Positions 1-13,875 of a stretch of DNA of 64,000 nt are shown one piece after another. Origin of the DNA: Orbicella franksi (Eukaryota); NCBI GenBank assembly GCA_964199315.1, contig OZ116706.1:1674001-1738000 (forward strand), given 5' to 3'. Both the position numbers and the translations under genes were made by a program. Each line of letters starts with the position of its first letter. The first letter of the stretch is position 1. The notes beneath the pieces are model-generated. The model did not search any database. It was given only the letters and a program-made list of their open reading frames with translations, and had not been told where the DNA came from.

Positions 1-5
1 TTGTC

Positions 6-1635
6 CCCATGATATGGGACAATAGTTCTATTTTTAGAACAAATTGCGCCATCGCCTTCGGCACACGCGCGTACATGCTGCGAGGATTTTTGTGGATGTC
101 GCGCGGAGGAAATGGCGTCCGAAATTCCCGAAATCTTTCATGTTTTTGGCCCACAACTCAACGTGTTTACGTCTGTTGGAATTTTTCTTAAGTATTTTCG
201 TCGTAAGCTGCTCCACTTTGAGTGAAGTAAGACAGTGTCGAATTTAGGTATGTTCCGCTTTAAGCTTATATATATCGTTGACCAAATTGTGTTCCGACGG
301 ATGCTTCTTTTACATCAGCTGTACATTACTCCACTTTAAATTTCACCTATGTTGAAGATTAACAGCTTTTCCATTGCACAGCAAAAAACTAGCTGGATAT
401 ATTTAGATATAGCAGAGCTTCAGGACTTCATAGTTTCCTAGCTCCTCTTACCACACGCTTGCGAGGAATTTGCCAGTCTATCGCGACCGAAAAGTAAAAC
501 AAAATAATTGCTAGTTTGAGTTTCGCCTGAATTGTAAGCAACGCTTGATGTTTCATCAAGGCCCAATAACTTTACGTCCGCAGATACTGCTTAGTTTTAT
601 TCGTGTAAAAATCCAGTAAATTCTCTGTTGTCGATGAATGAGAGCGCCCGCCGATGCGTGTTTTGTACAGTCAGTAAACATGACAAATTATACTACCACC
701 GCACTTTCGTGTGATAGCGTACATCGAACTCAAACAATAACTCTATAGTTTTTAAATATGTTTAAGATTGATAAATGTTTGAGAACATATTAAAAGCTAA
801 GCTGAAAATATGCGAATAAAGCAGAAATAATCAGCAAAGTTACGATGACGCTTTCTTTAATCAACTTCGAATAACGATTTCGATTTTGTTGATCGAGTTA
901 TCAAAACTCCTTGTCTATTTCCATTTTAGCAGTGTAAAACTTCACTATGCTTATGTTGAAGAAACACACATGATGTTAGTAGCCTTTTTTGCGTTCGTGA
1001 AATTTGTTGCAGCATCTCAGCACAAAAGATAACGAAAGAAATCTTTGTCAAGATTTGTTGACAATTGAAAACACCGACTCGGACTCTAAAGTGCACGAGC
1101 TGCACTATGCAAATGAGCTAATTGTACGCGTCAGACTTTCCTTTCAAAAACTTTTGTAAACTCACCAAACACGCAAAAACAATAAGAAACCGTCAAAACA
1201 GGTTTTGGTTATGATTAACCACTGTCTGAGAAACTCACAAATTAACTCGATACCAGAGTAGAGAGTTTTCTTGCTATATTCTTAAGTCAGAACAAGCGCA
1301 AAAACATACGCGTAAGCTTACAACTAGCGCGAGCAGATCTTAATATTCATTCCCAGCGCGAGATTGAAGTCTTGTTTTCGACCCTGAAAAACCCACCTTT
1401 TCCGTTAGCTCAGAGCATATAACTACATATAAGCGCCCTGGTTCGTATTCCCTGCCATCGCTGTGAAAAATACGCAAGAGAATCTCGCAAGGTCTCTCAA
1501 CTCTCACCATTTGATCACGCAACGTGACAACATCCACGCGAGAGTCCCCGACATGTGCGTGGATCCGCGCGAATATATGACGTCAGGATGGCGCAATTTG
1601 TTCTAAAAATAGAAAAATTGTCCCATATCATAGGT
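6..1635. mobile_element. Non-autonomous DNA transposon-like element with inverted subterminal repeats (left end probably outside the window)
   Basis: 6-53 (cccatgatatgggacaatagttctatttttagaacaaattgcgccatc) is the reverse complement of 1588-1635 with about 3 mismatches; no coding capacity between them. Confidence 0.55.
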
Positions 1636-1743
1636 GCGCGCGGATCCCAAGACTTACGGTCTCCGCCCCCGATTATGGCTCCTGATACTAACCAATGATA
1701 CTTTATTCAGTAATTACCTCACAAAACTTCCCATGTCTGCTTA

Positions 1744-2015
1744 GGGTGCGTTTCTTTGGGAACATCCCAAATTGAATTCCTAAATCCGAAAACGGATTTT
1801 GCCATTCTTTACAGTAAACAGATGAACCTAAGATCTCTTAGATCGTGCATGGCATAACAGAGGAACTGATGAATCCTAACCCAGAATGAATCTATCAGTT
1901 CCTTTGATACACCATGGTCCGAGTGATCTTGGATTTATCTGCTTAGTAAAGAAACCCTAAATCCGTTTTTGGATTTAAGAAACCAATCTTAGATTTTCCC
2001 AAAGAAACCCACCCT
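1744..2015. mobile_element. MITE, probably PIF/Harbinger-type
   Basis: TIRs gggtgcgtttctttggga ... tcccaaagaaacccaccc, nested internal inverted repeats, TTA/TA flanks. Confidence 0.7.
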
Positions 2016-2172
2016 TATTAGTCAACACCAATTTGGATTTCGCGAGTACACTACATGTACCTTGACTTTGTTAGTAGAGGATCCTAAAGGAAAAATCTAA
2101 CTCGAATCAAATTGACAAAATTAAAATCTCCAAGTAGCAGGAATCAAACCAGTTGGCCAGTTCCCGGCTCTC

Positions 2173-2420
2173 AATAAATAAATAAATAAATTACGATATT
2201 TAGAGAGGAAGCCACATGCGGGTCCTCTAGGCTGGTGAGATTGTCATTTTTGGCGTTGGTTTTTGTGTAAGGAGGAAAACCGGAGAACCCGGAGAAAAAC
2301 CCTCGGAGCAAGGCGAGAACCAACACCAAACTGAGCCCACATATGGCACTGGGCAGGAATAGAACCCAGGCCGCATTGGTGAGAGGCGAAGGCTCTCACC
2401 ACTGCGCCATCCCTGCTCCC
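2173..2420 (-). mobile_element. tRNA-derived SINE
   Basis: Minus strand begins gggagcagggaTGGCGCAGTGGtgag (A box) ... GGTTCTATTCC (B box) and ends in a (TTTA)n tail at 2173-2190. Confidence 0.75.
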
Positions 2421-3479
2421 CTGAAAAAGTGGGGACGAATGAAAAAGTGGGCGGGCGAAAGAAAAACGAGCTGGGTCAGTGACAGAAAAAGGGACCTCCC
2501 CTTTTTTGCCTCTGACTCCGCTCGTTTTCTCGATCTTAGAGAGTCTTTCGAGAATAATTAATCTTCCAAAAATTAATTCACAGAAAATCTCCCTTTAACC
2601 AAACCCAGTGGGGTAGTAGCTGCCGCATGAATCGGCACCTGTCCAGTGATTTAACATATATAATAATGTCAATGGTGAGAAAATACAGTTAAAAAAGGAA
2701 ATACTCAAAGCAAGGGAACGGAACAAGTTATAAATTCGTTTAATGAAACCGCTTAATTTAGATGATTTTAACAATGCAGAGCAAATTAAAGAAGATATAT
2801 ATTTTTAGTACCAGTATGTTTTTTTTGGAAAAATCGCTCGCGCTTTGAGGTGGTTTTCATCAAACAGATAACGAATTGATTAATTTTCCCTCACCGCATT
2901 CGAATCAAACTAAGACCGCCATCACATTAATAACTAATTTGATAAGTGATAAGTTCCATCTTATCAAGCAGACAAAATAAATTACAACAGAGATTGATGG
3001 TGTTCACATACGTCGTATGAAATATGTTTTATATGTTTCGTTGGTATTCTTAGACAAACAGTGTACGTATTAGGGAATTCCCATTGAAATGATTCGTTTT
3101 AGTACTGTTTTACTGTACAAGTATTGTTTTATTTAGATTTAATGGTGGTTGCATCCTTTCCTCCTTGTCCATGTTCATTTTCTTCAATGCCAATCCCGTT
3201 TAGTCCAGCCTGCTCAGTAAACCATCACAATTTATCTCGGGGTTAAACTATACTTGTAGCACAAATTTCTTACTCAATTGAACCCAACAATTACTACATT
3301 TGGAAGGCCGAAATGAGGTGCCGATTTCCAAACAAATCCATTCTGGGACGAGGTGCTTTTTGCAACCCTTCTAGCGCTCGCAATTTAGCTTACTTCCAAT
3401 GAAGTTGTTTATGAAAGCAGCCCGGGCATGGCACTGAGACGTCTCGCAAGAAAATACGAGTGTCAAAGAAAAATGGAGA

Positions 3480-3672
3480 TCGTTTTCCTAAAGCTCCGTT
3501 TTCAAATTGTTTTCCGTCCACATGAAAATGAAAAGACGGCGTTTTCAAATTCCTCCGATTTGATTAGCGTTTTTGAAAAGCTCCGTTTTCATGAGGATTA
3601 GTGTGGACGGTAGGTCTAACCATAGAATAAAGTTGCGTTTTCAAATTCCTCCGGCGCGGTGTGGACGCTGCC
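3480..3672. mobile_element. Truncated MITE (one end only)
   Basis: Repeated gcgttttcaaattcctcc and aaagctccgttttca motifs ending in gtgtggacgctgcct. Confidence 0.45.
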
Positions 3673-4793
3673 TATGATAGACAAGCACTGTCATTCAATG
3701 CACTTGCTGTAAACCCTGGGGAGCTCTTTTTAGAGATTTCAAAACAAAATATATTAGATATAAAGCAAAGAAACAAAGCGGTGGACTCCAGCATATCCTC
3801 TAGAAAAAAAATGTATGCGCTGATAAATTTGATTGTAGAGATCCGCATCAAAACCTAACTGGGCAGATTTACGAGGCAAGAAGATATCTTTCAATAGATT
3901 CATTCTGTTCATACCAGTCACGGGTGTGAATTAATTTCGAAATCTGAACTTATGAACTTTCTCAGTACAAGCACCGTTCTTTGAAAATATACGAGCCATT
4001 ATATGATTAAAACTGAGAAGTTCCTCAGAGGAACCGGGTGTTACGATCGTTCTTTAAGACCCGAAAACTAGTCATTAAGCCAATTTAATTTAGACACCAT
4101 TTCTTTTAGTTTTCAAATTACATGAAAATCATAATAACACGGACCTTAACTTTGTTCACACACAAAAAATAGTTCGCCTGACTCGACGTTCGACTCGAAA
4201 TCCTGCGTGCCTTGACAGTTAGTTTATCCGCGAACAAAGAGCAATTTTACAATTACCATGATACCATTAGCCCCATCTATATAGCTCGGAGGGTATCTCT
4301 GGAAAGTATGAGCCATGAAATTCGGCCAAACCTCGAGCGATTTCGTTTTTTTTTTTTTTTTCAGCAGAAAGAGGAATATTCTCCAGGGCAAGAAACCTTG
4401 TCATGTTACTAACCATAAGAACGCTCTTGAAGAATCTGAATTCAAACAAATCAAAATGTCTATTTTAGACCAGTTATTCACTAATTTTAAACACCCGACC
4501 CGCGAGGAGGCGGTTTGCCGCATACAGGTAACAAATTGATTCCAATTAAGCCACAACTCACGCAAATCAAACTCTCACCGAAACTGTGAATAATTTATCG
4601 GCAAGGGGAAAGTTTGGTTTTATAAATTAATGTTCACGGGGTTTTAAAATTCATTTACATTACTCCCATTTTGTACAAAGCTAAATATGTCAATTACAGT
4701 GAACACTACTGATTACAAGTACTTGTTCTTTTTTTTTTTTTTTCTTTCATGTTGTATTCTTGCTTAGTCTAAGTTTGCAACGGAAAGGACTCT

Positions 4794-5990
4794 TTAAACT
4801 CGTTGTTCCCATATTTCTTCTTGTTTCTCATCCAGTTCTTCTGGCGGCTCTTCTGCGCGCTTTATGTTACACTTTTGGGTTTCTGTTTCAAGCGTACTTT
4901 CTTCTCCTTTGGAACACGCCGCACAAACGGTCGTGATTCCAATTCTAAAGTCTGCACTCATTGTGAACAAAATGAAAGGGTTTATAACATGTTTGAGATA
5001 ATAAAGAGCCAATGCTACGAGATCTATATATTTAAACGTAGTGTTGATTAATGAAGGATCAGCAAACTCGCGATATAGCATCGTAACTCCTCGTGGAAGG
5101 TGACAGATTTGAAACGCTATGACCAAAACAAGAAGCATCTTCACGAGCTTTTGTTTTCGTTTCACGCGCGCCACGCACGCCACTTGTAAGATTCCCGCGC
5201 ACGAAGCACGCGAGCTAAGCGACCTCTCTGCCTTTCCTGGAGTCAAGCTTTTTCCCGTTTGTTCCGCCACCTCGACAAGTATGTCACTTTTTGCTTTGAG
5301 CGTTTGGATGATACTCACATAAGCATAGCTCTGGATCATGAGCTGGGCCACAATGAAGACGACGACCAAGTAGATCTCGTATACTCTGCGATAAAGATCT
5401 GACCATTCGGGAAAGCAGTATGGTGTATCCTCGAAGAGCTGTACCTTCAGTGGAATAGCTAATGGTAGACCAGCGAAAACATAACAGATCAGCCAAATTC
5501 CCAAGTTAACGTATTTTATCTTCGAAGATGACAGTCGCATCTTGAAAGGTGTGACAGTGGCTCTGTAGCGTTCAAACGCAATGGTCGAATGCGTAATCAC
5601 CGAAACACAAACCATGACATCTTGGAGTGGAAGAATAATTCGGCAGAGAGCTTCTCCAAAGGGCCAGCCTTGTAGGTACAGATCAGCGATTCTCAAAGGT
5701 GCAGCAATAATGGCGACACCCAAATCCGCAGCGGCAATGTTCGCAATCAAGAGACCGCAAGGATTTCTTAGTCGCTTCCACTTCAAAATTGATCCCAGCA
5801 CCGACACGTTCCCGACGAAACCGAAAGCGAAGACCACAGCAAAAAATGCGATGACCATAATTTTGTAGGACAGTGGGTCGAACAGTTCTTCTTGGTTCGC
5901 TTCTTGCTCGCTGCCATTGCGTTCAGGTGTCATGGTTTGATTTGAAATCAAAATATCGCTGCTGAGATTGTTTAAAAGGGAGACTTCCAT
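4794..5990 (-). CDS. Class A (rhodopsin-like) GPCR, neuropeptide-receptor-like, 398 aa (GPCR-1)
   Basis: Intronless ORF with 7 hydrophobic segments; GN1.50, ADL2.50, WPFG in ECL1, C3.25, ERY, W4.50, C in ECL2, CxxP in TM6, NP in TM7. A splice acceptor (ttttttcttgcag) at 6081 marks a 5'UTR intron. Confidence 0.95.
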   Translation of the reverse strand: MEVSLLNNLSSDILISNQTMTPERNGSEQEANQEELFDPLSYKIMVIAFFAVVFAFGFVGNVSVLGSILKWKRLRNPCGLLIANIAAADLGVAIIAAPLRIADLYLQGWPFGEALCRIILPLQDVMVCVSVITHSTIAFERYRATVTPFKMRLSSSKIKYVNLGIWLICYVFAGLPLAIPLKVQLFEDTPYCFPEWSDLYRRVYEIYLVVVFIVAQLMIQSYAYVSIIQTLKAKSDILVEVAEQTGKSLTPGKAERSLSSRASCAGILQVACVARVKRKQKLVKMLLVLVIAFQICHLPRGVTMLYREFADPSLINTTFKYIDLVALALYYLKHVINPFILFTMSADFRIGITTVCAACSKGEESTLETETQKCNIKRAEEPPEELDEKQEEIWEQRV

Positions 5991-8900
5991 TTATTATTCA
6001 GTCGATTAGGTCGCCTCAAGTTGACAACTTCGGCTTATTACTTATTCACGAACCGGTAACTGTGTTTTTTCGTGAAAATTCTGCAAGAAAAAAAAACAGA
6101 ATTGCTGGTATCAGTTTTGGCCTTTAAATACTGATCGGTTATTCAAAATATAATTTTGAATTTGAAACCCGTACCGGCTGTGAGAGTCTGAGATCAGTTT
6201 AAAAAAGAGTTTATTTCCATAATTTCGTGGATAGTAATCTTGTCAATTCAACGGTAACCCTGCTAAGTAGACGTTTTACATGCATCAGTGGGAGATACTT
6301 TTGCCGCAAGAATTAATTTGTGAAACCAGTACGTTAACCCAAATTTTGAGGCCTATCAACACCATCCCTCAAAAGAACAAATAAAACCCGACGTAAAATA
6401 TTGAAAAAAAAATAGCCTTGTTTTTCAGGAAAAGTCTAAGCATATTACCTTTCTTTGAAAGATAAGTCTAAATTACTTGGCGTTTGAAATAACCAAACAA
6501 AATCCATCAATGAATGAATTTATTCAGTTGCATTCATTATCAATAACACGACGAAATTTGTTTGCTCCTGCGCAAAATTATCGACACTCGCAGAATATGA
6601 GGGGAGCAGGAATTAGGAGCGAATAACACTTCAACCCATATTTTTGAATCTGTCATAACAAAGTTATTAGTAAATAATATTCGGAGATTAAAATTACATC
6701 AATTAGTATTCAAAGAAGTATTTTCATGTTGTGTTGTATTGAACCATCAGACAGACCACAAAATGTACAAAAGTGAACTGCACCTCATGGCTTTAATATC
6801 TACTTTGGCTCTCTTTACAAATCACGCAGTTTTCCATTTTTAATAAAGCTATGTCTGAAAATTTGCAAAATATATAGACAAGTGTAAAAATATTGCTTTT
6901 ATCATGGCGAACCAAGCCTTTGAAGTTCGGCCGGAACAAAATTTCAAAGTGCATTATCTTTGTGCAAAGCACTATTCCGTCATGAAAGTGTTCGCAATTT
7001 TGACGAAGATTAACGAAAATTCGACAGTGCGAGGGCAGACTTAGGTAACTGGTTTCAGAAGGACGTCTTATTTCCGAAACTTGTAAAGAAACTATAATTG
7101 CGACAGCCCATCAGAAAACGTTTTTTTTTCTTTTCGGGGGGCGTAACTGTATAAACTAACATTTTTATACTGTTTAGTTTTCTTTCTTTTCGATCTTGTT
7201 TTTGTTTTTATCCTTATGACAGAAAGTATAAGTATAATCCTACCTCAGATGCCTCAGATGCCTTCCTGTGCAACGCACTTAGTGATCTATCACTGAACAA
7301 GTGTACCTGGTTTGTTTCTAAAATGAATACATGCCGCATACATATTTTGTGTTTCGTTTACAAAAAAAACCTTTTGGATCCTACGTCACTTAATTTCCTC
7401 CCAAATTTTGCCTTTCATTGGTTCAATGACGTATCAACATTCAACGTCTTTATCATTTACGGCAATGGACTAAGAAATGACGGACGGCGCGGCTTTCACC
7501 AGAGACAAGAGAACTATGCCAAACGCAAATTGCGAGTTATTTCCTTGTTTTAGGCGCGTCAGGTGAACCAAGCAATAATTGACAAACGACTAACTCCGTT
7601 CCTATACGATTGACACGTTCTGTATTCTAATTGTGTGTTTATTATTTAGGACAACTTCTCCTTTACTAACTAAACATTACTTATGTTAATGATAAATATT
7701 TTACAGAATGATTTAACAACTGAAGAGATATCGATATTAATCTAAGCTAGCAATATCATGACGACACATATTTCCTTCGCGAAACAGATTTAGTTTATAT
7801 CCTCTCTCTTTTTTTAGTTTAAAATCCCACACTGGTCGCTGAAAGGATATTGCAAGGAGATCTTTTAATTAATTTTAGTGTGTTGTAGTCATCCGCAATA
7901 AAACAAAAACCGTTTTCAATGATTACGAAGACAGATCAGGCTGATTTTTTATTGGAATATTCAGAATAAAAAGGATTAACTGTTTTTATTTTTTAATATC
8001 CCGTAAACTATTGACACGTGAATTGATTAGATGTCTATCAGCGATGTTAGCTGGTTCTTGCCCAACACTTCCTTCTAAATGAAAAGGTCTACTTTTCTGT
8101 GGCAAAACTATTATACATAAGCCATGCTTAATACAGACTTTAAAGCTAAAAAGGGAGCTCTACAATATATTTATTTATTGGTATTCCTTTACTGAACTTA
8201 GCAATAAACTTTCCCTTCTAGTAATTTCTAGTAACAAAACATTAAAAAAGAAAAGAAAAAACCGGGAAAAGCAAGTATACTAGAAGCAGTAAGCGGAAAT
8301 TAGTTTGAAGTCAAGAGGAAAGCAAATAATTTCTACGTCGCACGATAAAACGCCGAAATTGATATATACAGCGAAAAAAGGGGATTGGAACAAGCTCAAG
8401 TGCGATCAATTAAGTCTTGTTCATGATTAATCCAAGAAACGCATTCAAAAGCGTTAGAATGTTCCAGATTTCAAACGTGAATTGCCTTCAGAAGGTTTAT
8501 CGGTCTGCATTTTCAAATCAATCATTCAAACAAAAGAGAAAGTTTTGATTTTCACCGACGATTCAGATCCCATAATGGCTTTTCCAATCTTCTCAAAAAT
8601 TGCACCAAAATTCGAAGGAAAAGCGTACTGTGCCATTTTGTTTTCATAAGTCCTTGAAGATGCTTGAGTTCGTGATTTGTGAAATAGGCGCGTGCCTTTT
8701 GCAGGTGCAGTCATGCACGCATGTTCGTGCGCACGCACCCGTATGGGACAAATCAATACTTTGGAGCTCGAGGGGTTTACCACATCTCCTATGGGGCTCC
8801 GCTATGGTCTTCTGTTGTCGATTTGCTCCCTTCTTATTGCGGTTCCTGGTATCTTAGGAATCTGCATCCAGTTCTTTCTTCTATTGCCTTCCCTTTTTAA

Positions 8901-9842
8901 AACAGTCTTCCCCTCCCTCCCCCAGATCCTTACAAAGGTGAACTTTCTATAAAGAAAAAATAATGCGATGTTGAGCCGAGCTAGAGATAAGAGAAAAATA
9001 ATTCTGGAAATAACCTATAAATTCATTATGTGACAAGCGAAGCAAAGAAACTGAAATAGAGGCGGCTTCACGAAGCTATGCAATGTTAAGCCACACACGG
9101 AATTAACTCTGAGGTAATTTAGGCAGAACTGAGGCAAAATCGCACCGTGTTAACAGGTACGATGCACCGTGATCTAACGAAATAAACAATATGGCATCAA
9201 GTTTTTTGCGTCAATAAATTGCGTCAGTCAATTACGTCATTCATAACATTGTCAAAGGTATGAACATGTAAGTTTGAAGACGTCCCGAAAAAACATGATC
9301 TAACGAGGCACCAACAGTTGCATGATTCTACATCAACTATAATTTATAGCGGACGAGTTATGCGAACACTCACGTCCTAAATAATATTTCATCGAATTGT
9401 GACCATGTTTTTAACAAGTACGGACGAAACTGTGAACCAGGAGTTCACAAGACTATTACAACGCAGCTGCAATTTTGGTCGAACATCAAGAGACCCGCTA
9501 ATTTTTCCAAGTAAAAGGCCCGAGATTTTTATGCCGGGAGTGATAGGATCAGTTCGAGGAAAATCCAACCGTGTACGAAATGTCCCGGCCGAAGATTTCG
9601 CACGACGTTCTGTGATACTGCCGGTAAAAACTTCATCAGCTGCACACAATTTTCAGTAATTTCCCCAATAAGGTTTTTCTGTCAAATCTGAATTTGACTT
9701 CGACTGGTCAAAAGTTTTTGTAAGGGGCAGCTCGCCCCGTCTTATATTTGAGTTCAAACCGTTTCCCAGATTTACAGTTTTTCTCAAATGATTTGTAGTT
9801 ACTTGATTGACGATTTTCATTAAACGCAATTTTTTTTTCTCG

Positions 9843-10165
9843 TACCGTAAACTGCTTCTTATAAGCCCACCCCTCACCCCCGCCGCTTATAAACCCCTCC
9901 GGTTATAGGCCCATCTACCTGTAAACAAAATATCACTCCCGATTATAAGCTCCCCCGGATATAAGCCCCCTCTAGTTTAAAGTTTAATGAATTCGATTTA
10001 CTGTGATGTTTTAAAGTTTAATTAAAAACCAGTATACGAAAAACGTATTTTGAACAGCACTACTTTAGCTCATTTCGAAACGGGATTTTATACCCCTAAT
10101 TGTACGTCTTCCGGGATATAAGCCCCTCTGTTTATAAGCCCATCCAAAACCCCTTATGGAGTTAT
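9843..10165. mobile_element. Truncated MITE-like element with ATAAGCCC subterminal repeats
   Basis: Starts taccgta and carries about 7 copies of (t/a)tataagccc; no matching right end seen. Confidence 0.45.
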
Positions 10166-10321
10166 TTAAGGCTGGGCCGCGAGGGACCAGCAAACGGTTC
10201 AGCCAGCGAAACCAAGCAAGTGACATCAGCGTGCGCCGTTGGACAAATGAAGTATGCCAAATTAACTAGGTAATCTAGAACCCAGATTTCCCACGGCCAG
10301 GCGGAAAACAGAGCGAGGCTG

Positions 10322-10505
10322 GTTTTTATTTTTTTATTTTTTTATTTTTTATTTTTATTTTTATTTTTTGCATACAGCCACATTTTTTTATTGCAATATC
10401 TTACATTACATTACATACAAAAATTACCTACTACTTACAATGCCCACGTAACTTACAATTTAACGATACTAACAAAACTTACAATACTAACTACGGGAAT
10501 AGTTA
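10322..10505 (-). repeat. (TTTTTA)n tract plus probable LINE 3' tail
   Basis: An (AATAAA)n-like tail on the minus strand abuts low-complexity cttacaat/actaac sequence typical of LINE 3'UTR ends. Confidence 0.4.
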
Positions 10506-12945
10506 ACTAGTAACGCTCCCAGTGGCATGCAACCTCATTCCCAGGGTCTCTCATCTTCAGTTTATGATTGATCACTACTGGCTTGCAAACTCGCAAATTA
10601 ACCGATTGAGAGCGTGCGATTTTTACCGCGTCAAACAGAACCGTGATATATCAAAATATACCGTTCACTGAATGGATGAATAACCATAGGTAACACACAA
10701 TTTGATACATTGATTACTTAGCTAGTGGCTTTTGAAAAGTGTGTTGTTTGAATCAGTCTATATTGCTACAACTAACATGCGCTAAGCCGAGAGCTGCAAA
10801 TCGACGACTATTCAATCATGATGTCAGCCAGTTACGTTCAGATTCACGGATTTACAATATTCCATTAACTCGTTTCTTTACTGGAGGATTTTTACCCGTG
10901 CAAAATTACGGCTGGCTGTCTGCGGATTCAGTTTTGCGCACGTTAAATATGGCGAAATGCTAACGTGGTGACGTTTACTTTCAACATCTGATGGGAAGTC
11001 GGTTAACAAATAAGTGCTTGCGTTGCTTTCTGTTATATTTCCTACAAAATCTCCGTAAGATTTTTATCACGCTGGTTTTAGATTATGCAAAACTGCGTCA
11101 AACAAAAGCCTTTTTTTTATCGTTTTTATGACTTTTTTTGCGATTGTTTATTCCGTGCACAATTTCCTGTTGCCCAAACTTTCTGACTCGATAATGGCAC
11201 ACTTGCTGAGATGATAAAATTTCATTCACGATCACAGCATATATGAAATGTACATTTACACACATGACAACGATTTCAAAAAAGCCGATTCTCTTCAACA
11301 TCTTTTCTTAATTTTTAAATTTTATTATCTCGCGTTTCAAGGATTAAACATTATTACAGAGGAACTTTTTAACATTAGACTTCCACAAAGACATATTGTC
11401 TCACTACCATTAAAACTATTTAGTCAAACCCGTAACAAAATCTAAGTCTGTTTTTGACCCAAGCACAAATGTTCGGTTTGCTTCGTAAATATCGCCAAAT
11501 GATATTAATAGACATGTAATACACTGTTGATAAATACTTATTCTGATTTTATGTATATATCGGAACTAAACAATTTACTTATCTGTTTATTTATTTCCGA
11601 AACTTCAACCAAAGAGAGACAAACAACGTAAATTCAATCAGTGTACTTTACCGTAACCGAAAACAAAGGCTTTGGCGGTCACTCTTTGTAACAAGGTTTT
11701 CTAGTTTTGCTTCCAGCGCCGAGCGTATTGTACTTTCAGAACGGATGTGTATATTTCAAACAAACTCATTATTGACACGTAAAGAAAAAATCTTTAATTT
11801 CTTTAGCCTGATAGCGCGGAAGTAAATACTTTTTCAAGGAACTTTTTTAACGCGTAAATGCACGGAATATTCTGTTTATGAATCGTGATGATTTGATAAT
11901 GACTGAATTACGGAATGGATTTTTGACGCCAGAAAATTCGTCTAAATTGGCCAGACTAATCGACAAGTTTCGCTTCCTAACGGTACTAAACGAGAAACAA
12001 GTGGAAGTGTGTCACGAATTCACATTTATTTCAGAGGGTTTTCTGGTCGAGTTTTGGGAAAGTTAGAACAACCCGGAAAGGACTGGAACTAGGAAAACCA
12101 AGCACTCATTTGTCCAGCAACAAAATAGCGCTTTTATGTCTCAAATGTGACTTAATAAATGTTAGACGAGTTTTGTTTCACGAATTCACAGTTACTCGTC
12201 CTGATAGGATTCTCGTTCTCTAGTGTGAATACGGCCAATCTTGTTTTCGAGATGAATTGTCGCTCTGCCTGACATAAAAATTAAGGGCTTCCGGGACTGT
12301 AGCGATAATAGTGGATTAGTCACAGTACGAGCCACTGATAACGTTGTATAATTTTTTAACCTGACAGATTTGAATAAACATTTATTGAAGACTTTCAAGA
12401 CGGCGATAGGTTAATGAGTCTGTTACTTTCGTGCGAGCAAATTGAGGTTCTCCAACGAGATTATCCAGCAAACAATACAACGCTGGAAAAACAAAGGAGG
12501 TCCAACGAAAAAGCTTTTAGGCAAAATAATAACAAAGCTTCAACTGCGTAATTGCTCACCGAGCTATTTATCATCTGTGCGTATGGCTTAATAGAATGAT
12601 TGTTCGGAGTCAAACTCTGCCTGCGTATCATCACCGTATTTCTTCGAAATTTGGCTACTGAAGGTGCCCACAAAATCTTTTGGCCTGATATTAAATTCAA
12701 GATAGTTTATAAGGCGGCGAGAAAAGAAACTTTTCACCGCCATATTCGGAAGTTGGTTATCAGGAAATTGTTCAAGTACGTGGTTAAAATTGAATCAAAA
12801 TTAGGCGCTTTCTTTTCAATCTTTTGTTGATAGGTTGAAGGCAATGTCTTAAATAATATTCTCCTTGCTGGTGAACTGTGACAGTCAGAGGAAAGTTGCA
12901 GCGAGCGGTAACTCTCTCTCTCAGGGCCTGAAATACGAGAGTGCG

Positions 12946-13875
12946 ATGGATACAAATGTGTCTTTGTTCAACAATCGCTCATCGAATGACACATATCAAC
13001 CGGCGACAATCACTACAGTCCTTTTCGCGTTCGTGATAGCGACGGGTTTTCCAGGGAACGTCCTAATTGTGGTCGCGATTATCGCCCGTCAGCGACTCAG
13101 AACTCCTTGTTACTCTCTGGTTCTCAGCATTGCTATAGCGGACCTTGGCATGGCATTGATTGCCGCTCCCCAGCGCATTATAGAGAACTACATCGGCTGG
13201 CCCTTTGGTAAATTCTTGTGCAACTTCCTTGTGTCCATACCGGAGCTTTTTGTCAGCGTGTCTGTCATGACTCACACGGCAATCGCACTGGAAAGATACC
13301 GTGCAATTGTACAGCCGTTCAAGGGACGAATGTGCGTGAAGACAGCAAGAGTGGTTGTTGCCGCCATCTGGTTCGCTTGCTACATCACAGCAGCTTTACC
13401 TCAAGCTATCATGCTCGATCTCGTGCAAGACCCAGATGGAAAATTTTACTGTGTTCCGATGTTCCCCTCGATGGTTGTCCGTCGTGTTTACGAGTTTTAC
13501 CTCGTACTCGTGTTCATCGCCCTTCCGTTAATTTTTCAATCTTGGTGCTATGTTAACGTGTTCGTTTTTGCCAGACGAGAAATGAACCTCTCGAGGAAAA
13601 ACACCGATAATAAGGACGCATTTCAGCGTTGCAAGAAAAAGATTCGATTGGTCTTAGTTTTGGTTTCCCTTGTTGCCGTTTTTCAAATCTGTTCCATTCC
13701 TCGAGGTGTTTTAATGCTCATAAGAGAATTCGAAGGAGATGCCGTAATGTGGACAAACATGTTTTATTTTTATGCGGACGTGATTTCGCTTTTCGCTTAT
13801 TACATAAAGCATATGATAAATCCTGTAATTCTTTGGTCCACGAGTAGTGAGTTCCGATTTTGCTGCGGAAATTAA
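12946..13875 (+). CDS. Class A GPCR, neuropeptide-receptor-like, about 309 aa (GPCR-2)
   Basis: ORF 12865-13875; first ATG at 12946 (MDTNVS, N-glycosylation sequons); 7TM, GN, ADL, WPFG, ERY, FQICSIPRG, YYIKHMINP. Upstream acceptor ttttgttgatag at 12833. Confidence 0.93.
   Translation: MDTNVSLFNNRSSNDTYQPATITTVLFAFVIATGFPGNVLIVVAIIARQRLRTPCYSLVLSIAIADLGMALIAAPQRIIENYIGWPFGKFLCNFLVSIPELFVSVSVMTHTAIALERYRAIVQPFKGRMCVKTARVVVAAIWFACYITAALPQAIMLDLVQDPDGKFYCVPMFPSMVVRRVYEFYLVLVFIALPLIFQSWCYVNVFVFARREMNLSRKNTDNKDAFQRCKKKIRLVLVLVSLVAVFQICSIPRGVLMLIREFEGDAVMWTNMFYFYADVISLFAYYIKHMINPVILWSTSSEFRFCCGN

Noticed and set aside
4728-4745. Poly(A) tail suggesting GPCR-1 is a retrocopy
   Set aside because: No polyadenylation signal or TSD; the gene has a 5'UTR acceptor, and intronless CDS is common in GPCRs.
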